Below, piece by piece: positions 24,886 to 35,337 of a DNA stretch of 57,556 nt (the stretch's first letter is position 1; every line of letters starts with the position of its first letter). The notes beneath the pieces were generated by a model. That model searched no databases and had not been told where the DNA came from. It worked only from the letters and a program-made list of their open reading frames with translations. Both the position numbers and the translations under genes were made by a program. The stretch covers positions 1 to 57,556 of the IMG/VR virus record IMGVR_UViG_3300044210_000034, one strand, 5' to 3'. Origin of the DNA: a virus (taxonomy: Duplodnaviria; Caudoviricetes).

Positions 24886-25130
24886 GCTGCCCCGCCCCGA
24901 CCACGACCGCGATTCCGCTGCACCACCTGCTCGTGCAGCCGGACGAACCCCCGATGCACGGCCCGGCGATCCTCGCGCTGCTCGACGGCAGTCGCACCGA
25001 TCCCCGGCCGGTCGAGGTCGTCCGGGTGGCAGGCACCCCGCACTACCGGATCACCAACGGGCGGCACCGCTTCCTGGCCGCCGTCCTGCGGGCCGACCCG
25101 AGCATCGACTGCGTGATCACTGACAACTGA
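24882..25130 (+). CDS. Stand-alone ParB-N/sulfiredoxin-like domain
   Basis: PVEVVR...YRITNGRHRFLAA...IDCVI. Confidence 0.55.
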   Translation: MSCPAPTTTAIPLHHLLVQPDEPPMHGPAILALLDGSRTDPRPVEVVRVAGTPHYRITNGRHRFLAAVLRADPSIDCVITDN

Positions 25131-25202
25131 AGCAACACCGCATCCCCCACGGTCGCCGCCGGTCCCGGCGAGGACCGACGCCAAGAATGCAAGGGACAGG
25201 GA

Positions 25203-26255
25203 ATGCCTACCTGGTACTGCACGGTCGAGGACGTCCGAGACGCCCTCGAAGAGAAGGCGAGCGCCTACGACCTCGCCGCCATCAAGCGCGCCATCGCCGC
25301 CGGTTCCGACGACGTGGACGATGTGACGCAGCTCAACGGTGGCAACTTCCGCCCGCGCACCGAGACCCGCTACTACCGCTGGCCCGACCAGCAGACCGCG
25401 TACTACTACCGGCTGTGGCTCGACGGCAACCAGCTCATCAGCGTGGACACCCTGACTTCCGGCGGCGACACCATCCCGTCGACCGACTACTACCTCGAAC
25501 CGCAGCAGTACGGGCCGCCGTACAACCGGATCGAGATCAACCTCTCCCGGTCCTCGGCGTTCGGGTTCGCCGGGACGCCGCAGCGGGCCATCGCCGTGAC
25601 CGGGCTGTGGGGGCACACCGACGACCAGGAGGCGGCCGGGACGCTGGTCGGCGGCATCAACGCCTCGGTGACCTCGCTCATCGTCAGCGACGGCTCGAAG
25701 GTCGGCATCGGCGACCACCTGAAGATCGGCACCGAGCGGCTCGAAGTGACCGACCGGACGTGGACGGCGGTCACTGGCGGCGACACCGCCGGGTCGCTGT
25801 CCGCCTCGAACGCCGACCGCACCCTCGCGGTGGCCGACGGCACCAAGTACCACACCGACGAGGTGCTGCTGCTGAACAGCGAGCGCCTGAAGGTCGTCGA
25901 CATCGCGGGCAACAACCTCACCGTGCTGCGCGCGCAGGACGGCAGCGTGCTGGCGACGCACACCAGCTCGACCACGGTCTACGCCTCCCGCTCGCTGACC
26001 GTCACCCGGGGCGCGCAGGGCTCGACGGCCGCCTCGCACCTCGACGGCGTGGCCGTCACCCGGCACGTGGTGCCCGGCGCGGTGCGCGAGCTGGCGCTCG
26101 CCTCGGCGCTCACCTCGCTGCTGGCCGGACGGCGCGGCTACGCGCAGGCCGCCGGGCCGCAGGGGGCCGCCCTGATGAAGGCGGGCAGCCTCGACGAACT
26201 GCGCGAGCGGGTGGCGAACCTGCACGGCCGCCAGGCGCGCACGAGGGTGGTGTGA
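25203..26255 (+). CDS. Head-tail adaptor with inserted repeats
   Basis: YCTVEDVR start, VTGLWG, VPGAVRELA. Confidence 0.75.
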   Translation: MPTWYCTVEDVRDALEEKASAYDLAAIKRAIAAGSDDVDDVTQLNGGNFRPRTETRYYRWPDQQTAYYYRLWLDGNQLISVDTLTSGGDTIPSTDYYLEPQQYGPPYNRIEINLSRSSAFGFAGTPQRAIAVTGLWGHTDDQEAAGTLVGGINASVTSLIVSDGSKVGIGDHLKIGTERLEVTDRTWTAVTGGDTAGSLSASNADRTLAVADGTKYHTDEVLLLNSERLKVVDIAGNNLTVLRAQDGSVLATHTSSTTVYASRSLTVTRGAQGSTAASHLDGVAVTRHVVPGAVRELALASALTSLLAGRRGYAQAAGPQGAALMKAGSLDELRERVANLHGRQARTRVV

Positions 26256-26259
26256 GCCG

Positions 26260-26646
26260 ATGCCCGACGCGATCGAGATCACGCTCAAGGGGCCGATCTT
26301 CACCGGCGAGGCCAGCGCCGCCGCCCACGAGTGCACCCGGATGATCGTCGACCGGGTGGCCGCGTACGCGCTGCAAGAGGTGCAGCGCAACCTCGACGGC
26401 TCGATCAAGCACCCGACGCCGTACTACGAGACGCAGATCACCATCGACCGCCGGGTCGACGACCGGGTCGTCACCGACCGGGGCGTGATCTACGGGCCGT
26501 GGCTGGAGGGCACCGGCAGCCGCAACCGCACGACCCGGTTCAAGGGCTACGCCAGCTTCCGGCGCGCCCGACAGACCACCGAGCGCGCGGTGCGGCACAT
26601 CGCGGGCGGCGTGGTCTCCCAGTACCTACAGCGGATGAGGGGCTGA
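26260..26646 (+). CDS. Neck protein (HK97 gp10-like)
   Basis: YGPWLEGTG motif and position. Confidence 0.65.
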   Translation: MPDAIEITLKGPIFTGEASAAAHECTRMIVDRVAAYALQEVQRNLDGSIKHPTPYYETQITIDRRVDDRVVTDRGVIYGPWLEGTGSRNRTTRFKGYASFRRARQTTERAVRHIAGGVVSQYLQRMRG

Positions 26647-26647
26647 C

Positions 26648-27106
26648 GTGGCACTCGCGGTGGAGACCATCCTCGACGGCATCGTGTCGCCGATGCTCGC
26701 CTCGGGCCTGTTCGCCCGGGTCAACGCGCACGAGCCGAAGAGCGCGCCCGGCGGCGGGCTCACGGCGGCGGTGTGGCTGGACAGCACCGCGCCCGCGCTC
26801 GGCGGCTCGGGGCTGGCCGCGACGTCGGTCCGGCTGGTGTTCAAGGTGCGGCTCTACACCTCGATGCTGGCCGAGCCGCAGGACGCCATCGACCCGGACA
26901 TGCTGCGCGCCCTCGACGCGCTCATGGGCGCGTTCTCGGGCGACTTCGACCTCGGCGGCACGGTGCGTCAGGTCGACCTGCTCGGCGCCTACGGCGTCCC
27001 GCTGTCGAGCCAGGCGGGCTACCTCAATCAGGACGGCAAGCTGATGCGCATCCTCGACATCACCCTGCCGTTGATCGTCAACGACGTGTGGACGCAGTCC
27101 GCCTAG
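26648..27106 (+). CDS. Tail terminator (putative)
   Basis: DFDLGGTV motif and position. Confidence 0.6.
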   Translation: MALAVETILDGIVSPMLASGLFARVNAHEPKSAPGGGLTAAVWLDSTAPALGGSGLAATSVRLVFKVRLYTSMLAEPQDAIDPDMLRALDALMGAFSGDFDLGGTVRQVDLLGAYGVPLSSQAGYLNQDGKLMRILDITLPLIVNDVWTQSA

Positions 27107-27119
27107 GAAGGGGTGAACG

Positions 27120-27860
27120 ATGGGCAAGAGCACGGGACTCGGCGACAACTTCTACGTCGACGGGTACAACCTCTCGGGCGACACGCAGTCGCTCGGCAAC
27201 GTCGGCGGCGGGCCGCAGACCATCGACGTGACCGGCATCGACAAGAGCGCGCACGAGCGCATCGGCGGGTTGCGCGACGGCCGGATCGAGTGGGTGTCGT
27301 TCTTCAACGACGCGGCGGGCGCGGCGCACCCCAAGCTGTCAGCGCTGCCGACGGCCGACGTGGTGGCGTCCTACTTCCGAGGGACCACGCTCGGCAACTC
27401 GGCCGCCTCGGTGGTGGCGAAGCAGGTCAACTACGACGGCACCCGGGCCGCCGACGGGCAGTTCACGTTCGCGGTGCAGGCGCTCTCGAACGCCTACGGG
27501 CTGGTGTGGGGGCGCCAGCTCACCGCCGGGCTGAAGACCGACACGACCGGCACCAACGGCACCGGGGTGGACACCACGGCGAGCGCCTCGTTCGGGTGGG
27601 CGCTCGCGGTGCACTGCACCGGCGTGACCGGCACCAGCGTGACCATCAAGGTGCAGGACAGCGCCGACAACGCCACGTTCGCCGACATCACCGGCGCCAC
27701 GACGACCGCCTTCACCACGGCCGGGGCGCAGTTCATCATCGCCAGCAGCTCGACGGCCACCGTCCGGCGCTACGTCCGGTACGTCAGCTCGGGCGTGTTC
27801 ACCTCGGCCACGTTCGCGGTCAACTTCGTGAAGGGTGAGGGCGTCGCCCTCGTGCTCTGA
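27120..27860 (+). CDS. Tail tube-like protein with extra C-terminal domain
   Basis: DVTGIDKSAHERIGGLRDG. Confidence 0.7.
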   Translation: MGKSTGLGDNFYVDGYNLSGDTQSLGNVGGGPQTIDVTGIDKSAHERIGGLRDGRIEWVSFFNDAAGAAHPKLSALPTADVVASYFRGTTLGNSAASVVAKQVNYDGTRAADGQFTFAVQALSNAYGLVWGRQLTAGLKTDTTGTNGTGVDTTASASFGWALAVHCTGVTGTSVTIKVQDSADNATFADITGATTTAFTTAGAQFIIASSSTATVRRYVRYVSSGVFTSATFAVNFVKGEGVALVL

Positions 27861-27862
27861 TC

Positions 27863-28294
27863 ATGCGACCGATGAACCGGATCGAGCCCGCCGGACCGGC
27901 GGCGGCCTACAAGACCTACACCATCGACTCGCCCCGGGACACCACCGAGCGGGCCGCCTGCGTGCAGGTCGGGTGCGCGGCCTACCGCAACGGCTGGCGC
28001 ACCCTCATCGACGAACGGACCGACCTCGGCAAGAACCAGGCCGAGTACATCCGCACCCGCTCGCGGCGCACCTTCCGCGAGCAGCGCACCGGCGACGGAC
28101 TGACCGCCTTCATCTTCGAGAGCGGGCAGCGCTGTTTCGCCGACCACAGGACCCGGCCCGAGACCTACGCCGTGCACCTCGGTGACTGGCGGCAGGACTT
28201 CGGGACGGTAAGGACCCACGTCCGCGCGGCGGACTGGGTGGACGACTTCGGCGAGCACCAGCAGAGGATCGCCGACCAGATCGAGAGGGGATGA
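27863..28294 (+). CDS. Hypothetical tail-region protein
   Basis: C..C...GW and CF.DH motifs. Confidence 0.65.
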   Translation: MRPMNRIEPAGPAAAYKTYTIDSPRDTTERAACVQVGCAAYRNGWRTLIDERTDLGKNQAEYIRTRSRRTFREQRTGDGLTAFIFESGQRCFADHRTRPETYAVHLGDWRQDFGTVRTHVRAADWVDDFGEHQQRIADQIERG

Positions 28295-28300
28295 TCTCCC

Positions 28301-28711
28301 GTGGCGAAGGAATCGGGCCTTGGGTGGACGACCTGCTCTGTCGACGACAGCGGCGGTACTCCACAGGCCATCAAGAACGACATCACCAACCTCCAGTTCT
28401 CCACCCCGCGCGGGGTGCAGGACGTGACCGGCATCGACAAGAGCGCCTACGAGCGCCTGCTGCTGCTGGCCGACTTCTCGATCACGCTCAACGGCGTGTT
28501 CGACGACAGCTCGGCGGCGAACGCGCACGCGGTGTTCAAGACGGTGCCGAGCACCTCGGTGGCTCGGACGGTCACCCTCACGGTGTCCGGCGACACCCTC
28601 GCCAACGAGGTGCTGTTCACCGACTACCCGCTGACCCGTGCCGCCTCGGGTGAGCTGACCTTCGCGGTGCCCGGCGTGCTGGCCGACGGCACCGTGCCGA
28701 CGTGGGCGTGA
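28301..28711 (+). CDS. Tail tube-like protein (paralog of 27120 N-domain)
   Basis: DVTGIDKSAYERLLLLAD. Confidence 0.7.
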   Translation: MAKESGLGWTTCSVDDSGGTPQAIKNDITNLQFSTPRGVQDVTGIDKSAYERLLLLADFSITLNGVFDDSSAANAHAVFKTVPSTSVARTVTLTVSGDTLANEVLFTDYPLTRAASGELTFAVPGVLADGTVPTWA

Positions 28712-28861
28712 TCCCGATGCCCAAGACGCACCGCGACGGCAAGGTCACCGACGCCTCGGTCGGGGTCAGCGGCAGGCAGACGCCCGCCGCCCGGGACGCG
28801 GCCGAGAAGGTCAAGTTGCGCACCGAGCAGGTGCGCAAGGGCGAGAGCACGAGGTAGCACG

Positions 28862-29317
28862 GTGGGCTACAAGGCACCGGTGCGCCGCCTGGTCACCCTC
28901 ACGTTCGAGGGTGACCGGGCGGGGCTCGAAGTGGTCGTGCGGGCCGCCTCGCAGTCGGCGTTGCGCGCGGCGGCGAAGCTGCTCGAACTGAGCGACGGGC
29001 CGGACATCACCGAGGCGGACGCCGAGGTGATCCTCGACCTGTTCGACCGGTTCGCGCGCTCGCTGGTCTCGTGGAACGTCGAGGACCCCGAGACCGGCGA
29101 GCCGGTCCCGGCCACCAGCGAGGGGATCGCCGACCTCGACGACGACTTCGTGCTCTCGATCATCATGGCGTGGCTGACGACCGTGCAGCACAGCGGGCAG
29201 GGCGGCACCGGCGTGGTGGCCGCCGCCGAGCGCCACGCCGAGCGGGCGCAGGCCACGGCCGACGAGGTGCTCGCAGCCACGCTGCCGGTCGAGCCGCTCG
29301 CAAGCACTGACGACTGA
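28862..29317 (+). CDS. Tail assembly chaperone
   Basis: LVSWNVED..GEPVP; precedes tape measure. Confidence 0.7.
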   Translation: MGYKAPVRRLVTLTFEGDRAGLEVVVRAASQSALRAAAKLLELSDGPDITEADAEVILDLFDRFARSLVSWNVEDPETGEPVPATSEGIADLDDDFVLSIIMAWLTTVQHSGQGGTGVVAAAERHAERAQATADEVLAATLPVEPLASTDD

Positions 29318-29333
29318 AGGGAGGTGAGCCCCG

Positions 29334-31586
29334 GTGGGCAACGAGATCGACATCACCGTACGGTCGACCGACCAGTCGGCCCGGGGGCTGGACTCGGCGC
29401 GCCGGTCCGGCGAGGGCTTCAAGAACACCCTCAAGGACATCGGCAAGACCGCCGCCGGGGTACTCACCGCCGACATCGCCGCCCGCGCCGCGCAGGGCTT
29501 CAAGAACCTGGTCACCGACTCGGTGCGGGCGGCGTCCGACCTCAACGAGTCGCTGAACGCCGTCAACGTCACGTTCGGGTCGAGCGCCAAGGAAGTGCTC
29601 GACTGGGGCAAGACGAACGCCGCCTCGTTCGGCTTGTCGCAGAAGGCGTTCAACGAGATGGCGACCCCGCTCGGGGCCATGCTCAAGAACACCGGGCTGT
29701 CGATGCAGGACACGACCAAGTGGACGATCGACCTCACCAAGCGCGCCAGCGACATGGCGAGCGTGTTCAACACCAGCGTGCCCGATGCGCTCGAAGCGAT
29801 TCAGGCGGGGCTGCGCGGCGAGGCCGACCCGCTCGAACGGTACGGCGTCGGGCTGTCAGCGGCCAAGGTGGAGGCCGAGGCGCTGGCCGAGACCGGCAAG
29901 CGCACCGCGTCCTCGCTGACCTCGCAAGAGCTGGCGACCGCGCGGCTCAACCTGATCATGAAGCAGACGTCGCAGACGCAGGGCGACTTCCAGAACACCA
30001 GCGACGGCGCGGCCAACGCCGCCCGGATCGCCTCGGCGCAGTTCGAGAACGCCAAGGCGTCGCTCGGCAACGCGCTGCTGCCGGTGCTCGCCAAGGCGGC
30101 CACGGCGGCGGCCACCCTCGCCGAGGGCTTCAACAAGCTGCCCGGCCCGATGCAGTCGACGGTCGTCGTGGTCGGCGCGCTCGGGACGGCCGCCGTCCTG
30201 CTCATCCCCAAGATCCGGATGATCAAGACCGAGCTTGCCGAGCTGGGCACCGGCGCGCTGTCGGCCGAGACCAAGATGGGCGCGCTGGCCCGGGGCGCCG
30301 GGCGGGTCGCCGGGGCGCTCACGCTGATGGCGACCGCCTCGGCGCTGATGGCGTCCGACGCCGGGGCGAAGGGCGTCGACACCACCCGCAAGGCGCTCGA
30401 CCAGTTGCACCGCACCGGCAAGGACTCCACCGGCGCGCTCGAACACATCGACTTCGACCTGAAGAACATCAACCAGTCGGGCCGGGGCGCGGGCGCCGCG
30501 ATCGAGACCTTCACCGGGTTCATCGCCGAGGGGCTCGGGCGCGGCTGGGAGAAGATCGCCGCCGTCGATGAGCGGATGAAGGCGCTCGACGCCACCCTCG
30601 CCGGGCTGGTGTCGAGCGGTAACGCGCAGGAGGCCGCCGCCGACTTCGAGGTGATCCGGAAGAAGGCCGAAGAGCAGGGCACGAGCCTCGAAAAGCTCAA
30701 GGAGTTCTTCCCGCAGTATCAGAACGCCCTCGACGCCGCCGCCCGCGAGAACGAGAAGACGGCGGGCTCGGCGGACAAGCTCACCGAGTCGGTCGACAAG
30801 CAGCGCGAGTCGCTCGACAAGGCCGCCGACGCCCTGCTCGGCCAGCGCGACGCGATGCGCGGGCTCGAAGCGAGCTACGACGACGCCAGCGACGCGATCA
30901 AGAAGAACGGCAAGACCCTCGACATCGGCACCGAGAAGGGCCGCGCCAATCAGGCGGCGCTCGACGACATCGCCGAGGCGGCGCGCAAGGCGTCGCAGGC
31001 CATCATCGACCAGGGCGGCTCGCAGGCCGACGCGAACCGGGTCATGGCGACCGCCCGGACCCGGTTCGAGGCGACCGCGCGGGCGATGGGCATGAGCGCG
31101 GCCGAGGCGAAGAAGCTCGCCGACAAGCTCTTCGCCATCCCCAAGAACACCACCGCCAACGTCAGCGTGAACACCGGCAACGCCGACGCCTCGATCGCTC
31201 GCCTGCGGGCGAAGCTGTTCGCCCTCCAGGGGCTCGCGGCCGACATCCACGCGGGCGAACAGGGGCACGGCGCGGGCGTCTACGCCCCGGGGATGTACAA
31301 GGCCACCGGCGGCATCGTGGGCCGCGCGGCCACCGGCGGCGTCCGCTCGAACCGGGTCATGGTCGGCGAGCACGGCCCCGAGATCGTCGACCTCGCGCCG
31401 GGCAGCCGGGTGCACTCCAACCCCGACAGCATGGGGATGCTCACGGGGGTGTCGGGCGGCGCGGCTACGCTCGTGCTTGAGATCAACTCGTCGGGTTCGC
31501 GCACCGACGACCTGCTGCTCGAAATCCTGCGGAACGCCATCCGGGTGCGCGGCGGCGACGTGCAGGTCGTCCTCGGGAGGTCATGA
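29334..31586 (+). CDS. Tape measure protein
   Basis: Ala-rich helical; RASDMASVFN, GEADPLERYG, ATGG...MVGEHGPEIV. Confidence 0.92.
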   Translation: MGNEIDITVRSTDQSARGLDSARRSGEGFKNTLKDIGKTAAGVLTADIAARAAQGFKNLVTDSVRAASDLNESLNAVNVTFGSSAKEVLDWGKTNAASFGLSQKAFNEMATPLGAMLKNTGLSMQDTTKWTIDLTKRASDMASVFNTSVPDALEAIQAGLRGEADPLERYGVGLSAAKVEAEALAETGKRTASSLTSQELATARLNLIMKQTSQTQGDFQNTSDGAANAARIASAQFENAKASLGNALLPVLAKAATAAATLAEGFNKLPGPMQSTVVVVGALGTAAVLLIPKIRMIKTELAELGTGALSAETKMGALARGAGRVAGALTLMATASALMASDAGAKGVDTTRKALDQLHRTGKDSTGALEHIDFDLKNINQSGRGAGAAIETFTGFIAEGLGRGWEKIAAVDERMKALDATLAGLVSSGNAQEAAADFEVIRKKAEEQGTSLEKLKEFFPQYQNALDAAARENEKTAGSADKLTESVDKQRESLDKAADALLGQRDAMRGLEASYDDASDAIKKNGKTLDIGTEKGRANQAALDDIAEAARKASQAIIDQGGSQADANRVMATARTRFEATARAMGMSAAEAKKLADKLFAIPKNTTANVSVNTGNADASIARLRAKLFALQGLAADIHAGEQGHGAGVYAPGMYKATGGIVGRAATGGVRSNRVMVGEHGPEIVDLAPGSRVHSNPDSMGMLTGVSGGAATLVLEINSSGSRTDDLLLEILRNAIRVRGGDVQVVLGRS

Positions 31587-31587
31587 G

Positions 31588-34500
31588 ATGGCGTTCCCCG
31601 CCACCGCACTGCCGATCGGCATCGAGCTGCTGATCAACGGCACGTGGACCGACATCAGCGGCGACGTCTACACCCGCGACAAGGTGCAGATCACGCGCGG
31701 CCGGTCCAACGAGAGCAACAACGCCGAGCCCGCCCGGATGAACGTCACGCTCGACAACCGCACCCGCAACTACAGCCCGCGCAACCCGAACGGCAGCTAC
31801 TACGGGCAGATCGGGCGCAACACCAAGGTGCGCGCCTACGTCAAGAACGGCCAGCCCCGGTTGCGACTGACCAGCGGGCAGCAGTTCACGTGCGCCGACT
31901 CGGCGGGCATCAGCATCACCGGCGACATCGACATCCGGGCCGACGTCGCGCTCGCCACGTGGCGGCCGACGTCCTCGGCCTACTTCGGCGCCCTCTACAA
32001 GGGCGGCAGCTACGGGATGTACCTCAACAGCGACGGCACGCTCGTGCTGTGGTGGTACCAGGCGACCGTGTTCAAGAGCGCCACCAGCACCGAGCCGGTC
32101 CCCGGCGCGACCACCGGGCGCAAGAGCGTGCGGGCCACCCTCGATGTCGACAACGGCGCGGCCGGGCGGACCGCGACGTTCTACTACTCCAACGACGACA
32201 CGATGGATGGCACGTGGGTGCAGTTCGGCTCGACGGTCATCACGGCGGGCACGACCTCGATCGACGACACCGCGCAGGCGATGGGCGTGTACGCCTCGGG
32301 AGACGCCTGCCCCTGCGAGGTCAACGAGGGGCGGGTCTACCAGGGCATCGCGGGCACCAAGCGGGCGAGCCCGAAGTTCATCTCGCAGGCGACCGGCACG
32401 ACGTCGTTCGCGGACGCCGAGGGCAATACCTGGTCGGACTCGGGCGCGACCGGCGCGGCTCTCGACAACAAGCACTACCGGTTCTGGGGCGACGCCTCGT
32501 CGTGGCAGCCCCGGCGCGACCGGTCCGGCAACGACCTCTACGTCGAGCTGGAGTGCAGCGGGCAGACCCGCCGCCTCGGGCAGGGCTCGACGCCGCTCAA
32601 GTCCGCGCTGCGCCGGGGCATCCCGGCCATCGGCTCGAACCTGGTCGGCTACTGGCCGTGCGAGGACGGCGAGAACGCGACCAGCCTCGAACCGGGGCTG
32701 TCCGGCGAGGCAGCGGGCCGAGTCATCGGCAAGCCGACGCTCGGGGGCTACTCCGACTTCGTGGCGAGCGCGCCGGTGCCGACCTTGCAGTCGGGGCGGC
32801 TGCTCTTCCAGGTGCCGCAGTACGCGAACACCAACTCGTTCCAGGTGCGGTTCGTCATGCACGTGCCCGCGAACACCATCCCGAACAACACGGTGCTGCT
32901 GCGCATCAAGACCAACTCGTCGTTCGGCTGGGTCGATTGGATCTACCAGACCGGCGACGTCATGTACTTGCAGGCGTACACCAACCTCGGGGTCGCCACC
33001 GCCGCCGGGACCACGCTCGACATCACCAACCAGGTGAACGGGCAGGACACCCGGGTCTCGCTGGAGTTCACCAAGAACGGCACCGGGGTGGACATCAAGC
33101 AGGTGGTGCTGCCGATCGGCGAGACGTCCGGCTACCTGACCACCGACACGCTCGCCTCGATCACCCTCGGCTCGTGCACCTCGATCGACGTCAACCCGGG
33201 CCGGGCCGCGCTCGGCGACTTCGCCATCGGGCACGTCACCGTCGAGAAGGCGATCACGAGCGTGTTCGACTCGGTGCACGCCCTCGAACGGGCCTACCAG
33301 GGCGAGGCGGCGCACACCCGGATCGCCCGGCTGTGCGGCGAGAACAGCGTGACGTGCAGCCTGCGCGGCGGCGGCGAGGGCGCCGAGTTCCTCGGCTACC
33401 AGGCGCGCTCGGACCTGCTCTCGCTGCTGCAAGAGGCGGCCACCGCCGACGGCGGCATCCTCACCGAGCAGCGCAACGCCGACGCGCTGATCTACCGCAC
33501 CCGCGAGTCGATCTACAACCAGCCGAGCCGGGCGACGATCAACTACGCGGCCGAGAACCTCCAGAGCTTCACCCCGGTGGAGGACGACCAGCGCACCCGC
33601 AACAAGGTCACCGTCACCCGGTCCTCGGGCCAGTCGGCCACCGTCGAGGACACCGACTCGCGGATGAGCACCAGCACGATCGGCACCTACGACGACAGCG
33701 CCTCGGTGTCGCTCTACTCCGACGGGCAGGCGCAGCACCAGGCGGGATGGCGGGTCCGGCTCGGCACGGTCGACGAGGCGCGGTTCCCCACCGTCGAGGT
33801 CAACCTCGCCCACCCGGACTACTCGGCCGACAGCTCGCTGACCCGGCAACTACTGGCCCTCGACGTCGGCGACCGGCTCACGGTGACCAACCCGCCCGCC
33901 GACCTGCCGCCCGAGACCATCGGGCAGATCGTGCAGGGCTACACCGAGACGTTCTGGCAGTTCGAGCACACGATCGTGTTCAACCTGGTGCCCTCGGCGC
34001 CGTACCGGGCGGCGGTCTACGAGGACCACCCGAACACGCTCAGCCGGTTCTCGAACGAGAACACCACGGTGAACGGCGCGCACACCAGCGGCACCACCTC
34101 GCTGTCGGTGGCCTTCACCGCCGGGCCGATCTGGACGATCGCCGACGGCTCGTTCGACATCATGGTCAACGGCGAGCGGATGACGGTCACCAACGTGGCC
34201 GGGGGCAGCTCGCCGCAGACCCTCACGGTGACCCGCAGCGTCAACGGCGTGGTCAAGGCGCACTCGAACGGCGAGGCGGTCAAGCTCTTCGACCCGGTCT
34301 ACTACGCCCTCGGCGCGAGCCCCGGCAGCGGGCTGTACGTCGATGTCGACGAGGGACGCAAGATGCGCGCGCTCGACTACTCGCTTCCGGACGTGGTGAC
34401 CGAGTACGGCAACGGCACGAACACCATCACCTCGACGTCGTTCGCCGCGCTACCGACGGCGCCGGTCAAGACCTCGATCACCAACCCGCACCCGGGCGCC

Positions 34501-34818
34501 AAGATGCTGTGCATCGTCGGGTTCGGGGCGTGGGGCTCGGCGAGCGCGAACGACGTCCGGCTCGCGCTGCGCGTCTCCCGGGCCGAGCAGGACTACGTCA
34601 GCGCGGGCATTGGCTCGGGCGCCTCGATCGGATGGGGCGAGATCCCGGCCGAGGCGCTCACCACCACGTCGAGCATGTTCGCCACGGTGACGGTCTCGCT
34701 CGACCCGAGCCCGATCCCCTACGTGTTCGAGGTCTACGCGCTGCGCACCACGGCGGGCACGCAGGACGTCCGTTACGCCACCGTGCGCATCGTTCCGTTG
34801 CGCTATATCAACATTTGA
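31588..34818 (+). CDS. Large minor tail / tip protein
   Basis: WTDISGDV..ITRGR, YWPCEDG, NKVTVTR, LDVGDRLTV. Confidence 0.85.
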   Translation: MAFPATALPIGIELLINGTWTDISGDVYTRDKVQITRGRSNESNNAEPARMNVTLDNRTRNYSPRNPNGSYYGQIGRNTKVRAYVKNGQPRLRLTSGQQFTCADSAGISITGDIDIRADVALATWRPTSSAYFGALYKGGSYGMYLNSDGTLVLWWYQATVFKSATSTEPVPGATTGRKSVRATLDVDNGAAGRTATFYYSNDDTMDGTWVQFGSTVITAGTTSIDDTAQAMGVYASGDACPCEVNEGRVYQGIAGTKRASPKFISQATGTTSFADAEGNTWSDSGATGAALDNKHYRFWGDASSWQPRRDRSGNDLYVELECSGQTRRLGQGSTPLKSALRRGIPAIGSNLVGYWPCEDGENATSLEPGLSGEAAGRVIGKPTLGGYSDFVASAPVPTLQSGRLLFQVPQYANTNSFQVRFVMHVPANTIPNNTVLLRIKTNSSFGWVDWIYQTGDVMYLQAYTNLGVATAAGTTLDITNQVNGQDTRVSLEFTKNGTGVDIKQVVLPIGETSGYLTTDTLASITLGSCTSIDVNPGRAALGDFAIGHVTVEKAITSVFDSVHALERAYQGEAAHTRIARLCGENSVTCSLRGGGEGAEFLGYQARSDLLSLLQEAATADGGILTEQRNADALIYRTRESIYNQPSRATINYAAENLQSFTPVEDDQRTRNKVTVTRSSGQSATVEDTDSRMSTSTIGTYDDSASVSLYSDGQAQHQAGWRVRLGTVDEARFPTVEVNLAHPDYSADSSLTRQLLALDVGDRLTVTNPPADLPPETIGQIVQGYTETFWQFEHTIVFNLVPSAPYRAAVYEDHPNTLSRFSNENTTVNGAHTSGTTSLSVAFTAGPIWTIADGSFDIMVNGERMTVTNVAGGSSPQTLTVTRSVNGVVKAHSNGEAVKLFDPVYYALGASPGSGLYVDVDEGRKMRALDYSLPDVVTEYGNGTNTITSTSFAALPTAPVKTSITNPHPGAKMLCIVGFGAWGSASANDVRLALRVSRAEQDYVSAGIGSGASIGWGEIPAEALTTTSSMFATVTVSLDPSPIPYVFEVYALRTTAGTQDVRYATVRIVPLRYINI

Positions 34819-34832
34819 CGGAAGGGGGAGGG

Positions 34833-35324
34833 GTGAGCAACCGAGGGATCATCGCCGGTGCCGTGCTCGACGGTACCGACTGGAAGCTGCCCGCGATCGT
34901 GCAGTCGTTCGGCAACGGCGCGAACGCGGTCACCTCGGCCACGTTCGCCGTGCTGCCGACGACCACCTGCTCGGCCAGCATGACCAACCCGCACCCGTCG
35001 GCCCGGCTGCTCATCATGGCCGAGTACGGCGCGTGGATGATCGGGAACACCACCACCGGCGACGTCCGGGCCTGCCTGAACGTGTCCGGCTCGGTGAGCA
35101 TCTCGGCCGGGCTCGGCGGCGGCAACGGCGGGCCGGTCGGGTGGGGCGAGGTGCTGTATCACACCGCCCTCGGCTACCAGCAGCGCAAGGCGATGTGCAC
35201 CTACGAGCTGCCCGTGTCCGGCTCGGCCGCGACGTTCGACTTCTACGCGATGCGCAACGGCTCGGGCACCGTCAAGTGCGACTTCCCCACCATCCGCCTG
35301 ATCCCGCTTCGCTACCTCTACTGA
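34833..35324 (+). CDS. Tail-tip domain paralog 2 (putative receptor binding)
   Basis: GNG.N..T...F..LPT, TNPHP, GWGE and R.IPL.Y shared with neighbours. Confidence 0.75.
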   Translation: MSNRGIIAGAVLDGTDWKLPAIVQSFGNGANAVTSATFAVLPTTTCSASMTNPHPSARLLIMAEYGAWMIGNTTTGDVRACLNVSGSVSISAGLGGGNGGPVGWGEVLYHTALGYQQRKAMCTYELPVSGSAATFDFYAMRNGSGTVKCDFPTIRLIPLRYLY

Positions 35325-35337
35325 AGGGGGTTGGACG

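Noticed and set aside
29200-29334. Programmed frameshift in the tail assembly chaperone
   Set aside because: No clear slippery heptamer and no room for a second ORF before the tape measure gene
31644-34832. Long alternative-frame and antisense ORFs here and genome-wide (e.g. 31483-33849, 43514-46051, 8010-10028)
   Set aside because: Arg/Pro/Gly-rich shadow ORFs expected from stop-codon scarcity at very high GC
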